Origin: Prasinococcaceae sp. CCMP 1430 | Lineage: Eukaryota; Plantae; Prasinodermophyta | Assembly: GCA_013416795.1 (NCBI GenBank) | Contig: RQSC01000314.1 | Span: forward strand, 1-64,000 | Reading direction: 5' to 3' | DNA: 64,000 nucleotides | Shown: piece after piece, positions 12,001 to 21,252 of the stretch | How the letters are laid out: every line of letters begins with the position of its first letter | Numbering within the stretch: the first letter of the stretch is position 1 | Position numbers and translations under genes: made by a program | Notes under the pieces: model-generated | What the model saw: the letters and a program-made list of their open reading frames with translations, nothing else | Database searches by the model: none | Told to the model about the DNA's origin: nothing

Positions 12001-13771
12001 CGGGCCGGCAGCGTGCGCGTCGGCTTCCTTCCGATCACCCAAAACAGGAAGCACGCCGGCCACGCCTCGCAGTACCTGTCGCATCGCGGCCGCCTGTGCG
12101 AGTTGGCGGTCGCGCCACGCCATCAAGCTCTCGTACTGTCGCCGCAGTCGCAAACGCTGGAGCAAAATGTACGCGATTGCCAGGATGAGCAGGACCCCGG
12201 CCACGACGGCCGTCACCCAGATGGTGATACCGTCGTCGCCCGAAGCTGGCGTCACCACGCGCACGCCCACCGTGCTCAGCTTGTAGCCCGTGCCCATGGC
12301 AGCGTTGTGCGCGCTCACGTTCGCGTGCATCTCAACGCCATCCTCCAACGCAAGATTCTCGAAGAGTACCGAAGTCTCGTTCGCTGAGACGCTCACCGTT
12401 TCGCCCACTTGCGCGCCGCCCACCTTCACAAGTTTAACCTCGTACGACTCAATCCACGACTCATCTTCGACGAAGGGCTGCCAGCACGCGCGCAGCGCAC
12501 CGTCCGTGCCATGCGTGCTCGAGCCAGACGAGGGCGCCACCGTGGTGATCGCTGACAGCGGATTGAGAGGGTCGCACTCCTCACCCGCAGTCAGTACGAT
12601 GCCGCGCGCCGCCGGCGGCGTGGAATCCACAAGCACCGTCGCGCTGCTGACGTTGGATGAGAGTGGCGGGCCGCCTTTGTTGGTTCCCACCACCGTCACG
12701 TAGTACCGCTGTCCATTGCGCAACGCCAGGCCGCTCGCCTCGAATCGCTGCTCGAAGTCCTCGACCGGCTCACTCGCGTTTATTGCGACTGGCTCAAGCG
12801 CGCGGGCGTCGGCCATGCCCGGTGAGTTGCCCAGGCCCCATTCGTACGAGCGCATGCCGCTCTGCGCGTCCGTGAACGCGCTGAAGGTGAACTTGAATGT
12901 GTCGAGGGAGCCCACAACCGCGGGTGCCGAGACGCCGCACGCAGGCGGATCGCACGTGGGCGGTGTGCCGTCGCAGTAGCCGCTCACTCGTCCGCTGTCT
13001 TCGTCCGAGTAGATCAGGTACGTGCCAACCACGTGCGCCTCGTTGAGCCACTTGCCCCACAGGCATCTGGGCACCTCCCCGCAAAGATAGGGATTGTTAG
13101 ATGGCTGGATGACGTTGAGGATCGAGCTGGGCCGCTCGACCAGGTCGCACCACGCGTCGGGGATGGCGCCCTCGAGCGAGTTGACGTCAAAGTAGAGGTC
13201 CTTCATGCCGTCAATGGCGGCGATCTCGGGCGGCAGAGTGCCGGTGAGCAGGTTGTCGCGCAACAACAGGCGCTGCATTTTGCGAAGCCGTCCGAGCTCA
13301 GGCGGGATTCCCCCGCTGAACTTGTTGACGTGGAGGTAGTATTGGCGCGCCTCGGTCAAGTTGCCCAGGTAGGGCGTGAGCACGCCCGTGAGCCGCTTGT
13401 TGGAGGGCTTGCGCGGGCCGAAGTCAATTCTGTACACGTGGTTGAACCCATCGCCGTGGGCGTCTTCTGGTGCAGGGCAAGGGTACGGCTCGGGCGGCGG
13501 CGGGTAGAGCGCGAAGCAGTCGCAGTCGATGGCCTCCCACTGGCATGGGTCGACGGCGTCGTCCCATGTGGACAGCAGGCCCGCGTCATTCGTGACCGCA
13601 GCCCTGAACTGGCGCAGCGCCTCGGCCTCATCCGGGTGCAGCGGGAGGCTGACGTCCCACGTGCCCTGGGACTCGGGGGCGCCCTCGTCCGCAGACATGG
13701 TCGCGCGCGCACGCGCGCGCGGGCCCCCCGGCGCGCGCGAGCGCCGGGGCGCGCGCTGCGCACCCCGTGTG

Positions 13772-13804
<33 letters not shown>

Positions 13805-13929
13805 CGCCTTACGTTCACGCCCGCCCCGCGCCGATTTTGCGCGCGCGGTCGCTGCGGCGGCTGCGGCCTTTTACCCGCTGGCCGTCTGCAGATATGCTTG
13901 CCGACTGCTGAGAGCAGCGGCGGCGGCAT
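9076..13929 (-). CDS. receptor-type class III nucleotidyl cyclase: LRR + FN3/Ig-like ectodomain, one TM helix, three cyclase-homology domains; start at 13929 or 13698
   Basis: LRRNT (EAEALRQF..LSTWDDAVDPCQWEAIDC), plant-type LRRs (NKFSGGIPPELGRL, NLLTGTLPPEI), TM IWVTAVVAGVLLILAIAYILL, cyclase motifs VTDLEGST/TQGDSFEIAF/GPRVRMGVH and GGYECK/DYFGATANLAAR. Confidence 0.88.
13773..13802. repeat. (AC)15 microsatellite
   Basis: Read directly from the sequence. Confidence 0.95.
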
Positions 13930-14158
13930 CGCCCGCGGGCGCGTGCCGCGATATGATCCGCGCGGCGCCCGCGCGCAGCACTTGCAGCGCCCGCCAGCTC
14001 AGATGTCAGTCGTACCGTACTCGTACGCGCTCGCGCCCCACCCCCACCCCCCACGCGCGGGGCGGCGGCCCCACCAACCAAGGGCATCGCCCACCAGCCA
14101 GCCAGGGCTGCACAGGCCCGGCCCGCCGAGGGGCACGCACATCCCACCGGCCGGCCCC

Positions 14159-14192
14159 CGCGCGCGCGCGCGCGCGCGCGCGCGCGCGCGCG
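14159..14192. repeat. (CG)17 alternating tract in an intergenic region
   Basis: Read directly from the sequence. Confidence 0.9.
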
Positions 14193-14587
14193 GCCACCAC
14201 CACGCCGCGCCGTTCGGGGAACGGCCAGAGGTCAAAAAGCATTGCGTCGTCCGGGCGCGGCCTCGCATATGTAAAACCCTAACCTGTCACACGGGGTGTT
14301 TAGGTGTGCTGTACGATAGGGTTTACACATAGCTTCTTTTAGTGACCAAGCTTTTTTTGTGGGGCGCGGTTTTCTCGCATTTTCAGGGGAAGTTGGATGC
14401 CGGTGGGAAGAGGTTGGGGGGGAGTGCCTGGGCCGGCGCCCTCGCGGCCCTCAGCCTGCCCCAACCCGCACCCTTCCACCGGCGGGCGCGGGTGTGCGGC
14501 AGCTACGACGCCCCGCTCAGCGCCCGATCGCCCCCACTCGCGCTCAAGGAGGGGCGCGCGGGCGCGCGCGCGCGCGCGGCGGCTTTC

Positions 14588-15306
14588 TCAATCCTCCTTG
14601 AGCAGGCTGGACCACTTGGCGTCGCCGACGGGCGCCAGCAGCAGCTGGAGCTCGGTGCCCTTCTCGGCGATGCACCAGCTGCACTCGTCGCTGTACACGC
14701 GGCCAGCCAGGGCGGCCTTGTCGAAGACGGTGTCACCGAACACCGTGACAGAGATCGAGCCAGGTGCGAACGACACCTTCAGGTCGGCCTTCTTCGCCGG
14801 CTTGCTCAGCTCGATGCGCACTGTGATCTCGTCGTCGCTCTGCTCCCACTTCCACGACGTCTTGCCGTCGCCGCCATCCTTCTCGACGCCAGCATTGAGG
14901 TCGGGCATGCCACCACCACCACCCATCATGCCAGGCATGCCACCCGCGCCGCCCGCGCCGCCGCCCATTTGCGCCATCATCTCCTGCAGCTTGGCCATGT
15001 CGAAGTTCCCGTCCCCCCCGAAGCCGCCGTCTTCGGCGCCGCCGCCGATAAAGCCACCGTCGCCCGCGAGGTCTGCGAGGCCCTCGATTCCCTCGCTAGC
15101 AGGCGCAGCATCTGTGCGCACGCCGCGCCGATCGGCGGGCGGTCGGAGGACGGCGGCGAGGTCAGCGGTATGCACGCATGCACACGCCGCACCGTGCAAG
15201 GCGGGGCGCAGGTGACCCCCGATCGCGCGTCGGCGAGCGAGCGGCGGCACGCACCCTCCTCCTCCTCCTCGTCCGTCACGTCGATGATCTTCGGCTCCTC
15301 CGTCAT
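14588..15306 (-). CDS. CS (p23/NudC-like) domain co-chaperone; exons 15306-15255, 15111-14588
   Basis: MTEEPKIIDVTDEEEEE, then a phase-1 GT-AG intron, then a Gly/Met-rich linker and WKWEQSDDEITVRI...DECSWCI...KWSSLLK (CS domain). Confidence 0.85.
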
Positions 15307-15765
15307 GGCTGCGGCGGCGGCGCTCCGCGGCGGCGCGCGCGGTGTGGCGCGCGCGCGCGCGCCGGGGCGCTCGAGAGCGAGCCATCAAAACGCACCCGCG
15401 CAGACAAGATCGAGCAGATCTATAAACCCTTTTCCCGACAAACAAGCTGCGCTGATATCGAGGTCAGTTCAGTACTGTAGACCAAACCTGAAATGCTGCG
15501 GGAGGCGCACCAGTTGGAGCAGCAGCAGCGCCGAGCGCGAGCGCGGTGGCATGCGAGGGGAGGGGGAGGGGGGAGCAGTCAGGGCCTTAGCGCCCCCGTG
15601 AGTCGCCATTCCGCTCGCTATGGGGGGGAGTGGGGGGGTGTGGGGGGGGGCGGGGGGGGTCTCAGTGCTCTGGGACTGAAGGCCGCGGGGTCCAAGGCGC
15701 CCGCGGCCCCGTCAACCTGCGCCGCCAGCCCGCTCGCTGAGCCTCGCTGAGCCTCGCCCGCGATC

Positions 15766-17283
15766 ATGGGCGGGTGCCTGAGCGCGCGCCCAGCGGATGC
15801 GCGGCCGGCGGTGCACGACTTCGTCGCCGCGCGGGCGCAGGCTGCTGACGACGGGGCGGGCGGGCACGCTCCGAAAAGACGAGGGGGCGACGCGCGCGCA
15901 GGCCAGTCCAGGAAGGGAGGAGGGGGGGCGCCTTCCTCCTCCTCGGCCAAAAGTACCCGGGCGCAGACGGCTGCTCGAGGGTCGCCAGTTGCCACGGCTG
16001 CACGCGCCGTGAGCTCGTTTCTCACGTCGCGTCCCGCCCCGCCCTCAGAACCCATCGTCCGCCCGCTTGCCGAAGCACGTGCGGCGAGGAGGCTCGCCGC
16101 GGCTGCGGGGGTGCGCGTCGATCAGAGGCTCAGCGGTGACACTGATGCGGCGCGCGCGCGTGGTGACGGCAGGGCCGAAGAGGTCGTAGCGCACGGTTCT
16201 TATGAAGGGCCAGTCGATGATGGCTTGTGCACTGCCACCACTCCTACGCGTGCGCCACCAAACGACTCTGGCACCGACCTGCGGGGCGTGCGCAGGAATC
16301 CTCCGGAGCTTAGTGCGAGCGTGCTCAGGATCATAGATGTCGTTCTCGGACCACCCGTCAGCACCGTCACCCCGGCGCAGGCCGCATGGAGCACCACTGC
16401 CCTGTCGTCGCCCGCGCCAGCGGACCACACTGTGACGCAGGTCCTACCATTGGCACAGGCGCGTGTGAATGGCGACTCTCCGGACTCGGACGGCCTGGCC
16501 ACGAGCGAGGTTGCAAACGGCGTGGCAAATGGCACCGCGAGCGGCGGCGCGCAGGTGCCGCCGCTCCTCGCGCTGCCGCCGCCGTCATTTCTCGCAGCAT
16601 CGTCGGCGAAGGTGTTTGCAGAGCGGCGCTCGCTCGCTGTGCGGCTCACGCGGGCAAGCTCGCTCAAGGCCTTTCGCAACTCGAAGGTGGCCAACCCGCG
16701 CGCGGCATCGCGGTATGAGTCGGAGTACGCGCGTAGCGACAGCACCGCTGGCCTGGCCGAGGCCGTCGAGCTCGAGACGCGCTCCATGGCAGAGGGCAAG
16801 CAGCTCATCGACGCGCGTCTCGCGAGGCTCGGCCTTTCGTCGGTCTTGATGATGGATGACGGCAACTGCCAGTTCAGAGCACTGAGTCACCAATTGTTCG
16901 GCGATCAGAGCTTCCACAAGGAGGTTCGAGCGGAGGTCGTCGCATGGATGAAAACACACGCGGCCAGCTTCGCCCCATTCGTTGGTGGCCGGAGCGATTT
17001 CTACCGATACGTCGCGGACATGGGGAAGAACCGCTGCTGGGGCGACGAGCTGACCCTGAGAGCCGCGTGCGACGCCTTCCGATGCGTCCTGTTCATCGTG
17101 CAGTCCACCAAAACCAATTGGCTTCTTGTGTACGAGCCCGGCCGGAACGCCCGGCGCTCGCGCGCCGAGGACAGGGACGCGCACCGCAAGACGGTCTTCC
17201 TTTCCTACATCGCCCCCGTGCACTACAACTCGGTCCTGCTGCCGCCCGGCTACGGCCAGAAGGGGGGGCGTGCGGCCGGCTGA
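15766..17283 (+). CDS. OTU-domain deubiquitinase (plant OTU9-12-like) with an N-terminal acylation motif
   Basis: DDGNCQFRALSHQL, WGDELTL, LSYIAPVHYNSV (Cys/His catalytic motifs); N-terminus MGGCLS. Confidence 0.88.
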   Translation: MGGCLSARPADARPAVHDFVAARAQAADDGAGGHAPKRRGGDARAGQSRKGGGGAPSSSSAKSTRAQTAARGSPVATAARAVSSFLTSRPAPPSEPIVRPLAEARAARRLAAAAGVRVDQRLSGDTDAARARGDGRAEEVVAHGSYEGPVDDGLCTATTPTRAPPNDSGTDLRGVRRNPPELSASVLRIIDVVLGPPVSTVTPAQAAWSTTALSSPAPADHTVTQVLPLAQARVNGDSPDSDGLATSEVANGVANGTASGGAQVPPLLALPPPSFLAASSAKVFAERRSLAVRLTRASSLKAFRNSKVANPRAASRYESEYARSDSTAGLAEAVELETRSMAEGKQLIDARLARLGLSSVLMMDDGNCQFRALSHQLFGDQSFHKEVRAEVVAWMKTHAASFAPFVGGRSDFYRYVADMGKNRCWGDELTLRAACDAFRCVLFIVQSTKTNWLLVYEPGRNARRSRAEDRDAHRKTVFLSYIAPVHYNSVLLPPGYGQKGGRAAG

Positions 17284-17554
17284 CGCGCGCCAGGAAGGGA
17301 GGGTCTGGACGGACACATGTCAACGACGCACCTTAACCCAACCACCGCGAGCCACGAGCCGCTCGAAAAGTTCGCTCGCACGCTCGCGCTCGCAGGGAGT
17401 ACCACCTCCGCGTCCGCGCCGTCGCCAACGCCCACCTCACCGGCGTCCGCGCCGCTCGCACCGAGGCCCGGGCCGAGCGCACGACGGCGGGCGCTGGCGG
17501 CTGACGGGAGGCCCGGGGAGGAGGGGGCTGAGGACCCGGAATCAGAAATGATTA

Positions 17555-17572
17555 TTAGGGTTTAGGGTTTAG
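17555..17572. promoter_or_regulatory. telo-box-like TTAGGGTTTAGGGTTTAG upstream of myosin
   Basis: Plant telomere-type repeat in an AT-richer intergenic segment. Confidence 0.55.
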
Positions 17573-17822
17573 TATCGATGGCGTTGCAGTTGCATGGCAT
17601 GGCATGGCATGGCACGGCGCCCCAACCCCCGGAACACACACACAGGCACAGGTGGCAATGGGCCAATGGCGTTTGATGGGGCTCGCGCGCGCGCGCGCGC
17701 GCGCGGGCGCCCTGCTACGGCGGGAAGCGCCGCACTCGTAACAGCCACAGCGCCAACAGCCCCACGCATCCCCCCCCCCCCCTCCCCCCCCCTAGCGGGG
17801 GCGGGGCGAGCGGGGGCGCGGC

Positions 17823-20800
17823 ATGGCGCCGCCCAGGGATGGGCCGCCGTCGCTGCTGCGCCTGGACGCGATGGACACGCCCAGCGTGCTCGAGTGCCTC
17901 CGCGCGCGGTCCGAGCGCGGCGAGGTGTACACCTCGGCCGGCGACGACATGCTCGTGAGCGTCAACCCGTTCAAGGCGACCGCCGCGTGCAGCGACGCGG
18001 CGCTCGACGCGGCGGTGAGCGCGGCGGTGGGCCGCGGCGGAGGGGGGGATGACGGGCCGCCCTCGGCGTTCTCGATAGGCTCGCGCTGCTGGACGCGCCT
18101 GCTGGCGACGCATCGCTCGCAGGCGGTGGTCATCTCGGGCGAGAGCGGCGCGGGAAAGACAGAGTGCGCCAAGATGGTGTTCCGCGCCCTCGTGGGCCTG
18201 TCCGAGCACAGCTCCAAGCACCCGCGCGCCTCACTCACCGCGGGCGACGGCCAGTCGAGCCAGCGCCCATCGGCGCGCGTGTCGACCACGCACACCTCGA
18301 ACATCGAGGCGCGCCTGCTGGTGGGTGGCCTCGCCCTGGAGGCGTTCGGCAACGCGCGCACCGTGCGCAACGACAATTCGAGCCGCTTCGGCAAGTACCT
18401 GTCCTGCGCGGTCGATCGCAAGGGTCGCCTGGCGGGCGCGCGCATCATCACCTACCTCCTCGAGCGCAGCCGCGTGGTCTCGCAGGCGCCACGGGAGGCG
18501 CCCTTCCACGTCATGGGTGCGCTCGCCGGAGCGGGCTACGGCTCGCACCTGGCGGCGGGCTCCGCGCGCGCGTACGTGCGCGAGGCGCCGCCCGCGTCCG
18601 AGGCGGGCCGCCTGCTGCGCCAGATTACCGATCGGCTGTCCGCCGCCGGCGTGAGCAAGGCAGGCGTGAACAGCATCATGAGCGCTGCCGCGGCTGTGCT
18701 GTGCCTGGGCGAAGTCTCCTTTGAAGATGCTGGCAACGAAGGCTGCACCGTGAATGCCGGCGAGTCAGCCAGGAAGCTCGCAGCGGCCGCGGCGCTGTTG
18801 GGCAAGCCCGACGGACAGATCGCCGAGCTGCTCACGGAGCGGCTGCTGCCGCTGCCGGGTGCGGAGCGCGTGACGGTCAAGCTCTCCGCCGACGCGGCCG
18901 CCCAAGCGCGCGACGCCACTGCCAAAGCGCTGTACGCACGTGTTTTCGAGGTGCTAGTCATGGAGCTCAACGCGGGCCTGGCAGCTGGCAGCGGCAGGAC
19001 CGACGCCACGTCCGTCAGCGTGCTAGACATCTTCGGATTCGAGAATTTTGCGTCCAACAGCCTCGAGCAACTGCTCATCAACTATGCGAACGGTGCGTGT
19101 GTCGGTCCGTGGCGAGTCCTGGCGCAAGGCAGGCGCGATGCCGTCGCTGACAACCGTTTGCGCGCCCGACTCGCACTGTCGCTCTCTGCCCCCGCACGCT
19201 CACCCGCGCCAACCAGAAAAATTGCAGGGCCTGTGCACCAGCATGTTGCTCGCAGCCGAGCAAGCCGAGTACGTTGAGGAGGGCGTGCCATGGACGCCGA
19301 TCGAGTTCGTGGACAACGAGGCCACTCTCGCAGCGTTTGAGCGGCGCGCAGGGCTGCTTGGCATGCTGCACGAAGAGGCCACGCTGCAGCAAGGTGGGGA
19401 CGCGACGCTGCACGGCAAGCTCAAGGCCGCCCTGAACGACGACGCGTGCTTTTCGATGCCCTCCGCAGCCGGTGCGCGCGGCCAGTTCGTCGTCAAGCAC
19501 TTTACCGGCGATGCGGTGGTGTACGATACGCAAGGCATGGTGGAGAAGGCGCGCCAGACACTGCCGCCTGACCTCGAGGCCCTGCTTGACGATGTGCTTC
19601 CACTTCAGCGCGAGGACGCGCCCACGGGTGGCAGCGCGGCGAGCGGCGGTGGGGGTATTCGCGCATCGAAGCGCGGCAGCGCCACCGGGCGCAAGGGCAA
19701 TCGCCGCGTCGGGTCGACAGTGCTGCAATTCAAGGCGCAGCTCGCCTCGCTTCACTCGGCGCTCGCAGCGTCGCAGCTCAGCTTCGTGCGATGCGTGAAG
19801 CCAAACGCCGCCAACAAGCCAGATTGCTTCGACGATGAGTACTGCAAGCCACAGGTGCTGGCCGCAGGGGCCGCAGAGCTCGCGCGCATTCGCTCCGCCG
19901 GCTGGGCGGTACGCCTGCCAGCCAAAGACCTCGCCGAGAAGTTCAGCTGCGTGTTGGGCGAAGGCGCACCCGAGGACGACAACATCGCGCTCGCAAATGC
20001 GGACGTGGGTGGGGCAAGACAGGCCGCCGAGGCCGTTCTCAGAGCCGGCGGCGTTCCCGCTGAGCAGTGGTGTTTCGGGAAGGCCACCGCGCGTGTGTTT
20101 GTGCGTGACGAGTCGGCCATGGAAGGGCTCTGGGCGATGCGCAGGGCGGAGATGGAACGCCGTGCCGAGGCCGCGCGCAAGGCGCGAGAGGAGGCGGAAC
20201 GCCTCGAACGCGAGCGGCAGAGGCAGATGACAGCCGAGGCTGAGGCGGCGGCCGCGGCCGCGGCGGCACAGGCGGCGGCTGCAGCGGCACGCGCACCTAG
20301 CGCGGAGGAGCTGGACCTTCCCGTGCACCTGCGCGACCTCCTTGCATCCGGGGTGCTGTCGCTCCCAAGCAGCAGGGCGGGCGGCGTGCGGCGCACAGCG
20401 TCGATGGAGGATTTGGTGGTCGACTCGCAAGCGATTGACCTGGACGAGGCCCTCGTGGCAGCACTGGCTTTCGAGGAGCAGCAGGCGGCAGCCGCGCACG
20501 CGCAGATGCTGCTGGACGACGAGGCACTTGCTCTGCGGCTGCAGGAGGAGGAAGATCGCGCGGCAAGGGAGCACGAGCGTGCGCAAGCAATGGCAGTGAA
20601 TGGCGGCGCGAGTGAGGCTGATCAGATGCTGTGGGCCATGCAAGAGAGCGCCCGGATGGCAGGTCGCGCCGGCGATGCCGTCGACGAGCGTGGGACCGAC
20701 GCAGTTGGGCCGGATGGCATAGCACTCGAGCACGCCGGCAGCACGCAACCCTCCACGCCGCCGCGTTCGCCCGCGCACGCGTACAGCCAGAGTCCATACT

Positions 20801-21003
20801 CGTCGCCGCAGGCGCACCAGCAGCTGTTGGCGGGGCGCGGCACGAGCGCGGATGGCAGTCCCGCTGCGGGCACGTGGGTGCCGCCGTCGGGAGGACAAAC
20901 CGCCTCCGTTCACTCGTCCTCGGCGAGCTCGGTGGTCGGTGCCAGCCGTGGTGGCGATGTGACGTCGGCGGAGAGCAAACCTGGATGCTGCGTCATATCC
21001 TGA
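17823..21003 (+). CDS. unconventional myosin (about 1018 aa); exons 17823-19092, 19217-21003
   Basis: P-loop ISGESGAGKTE, switch I LEAFGNARTVRNDNSSRFGKY, switch II LDIFGFE, EQLLINYAN|EKLQ across the GT-AG intron, FVRCVKPN. Tail has E/R-rich helix, DEALALRLQEEE and C-terminal CCVIS. Confidence 0.92.
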
Positions 21004-21252
21004 GTGGGCGAGATTGCCGAGCCCCGACCCCACCACACCCCCACCCATCCAATTTTTGGCGCCCCTGCCACTCGCCTGATGCGCGACAGCGGCGGCGCCG
21101 GGAGCGTGCAATGGCGGTGCGTGCGTTTCCGGTGAGGCGCACACGCGTGCGAGTGACAACTACCGCAAATGTAAAGAAATATTCCGCTCATGGAGCTGTT
21201 TACAACGTCCACGGGAGGTCCTACGCGCCCCTCTCTGGATCTCTCTGCCCTC

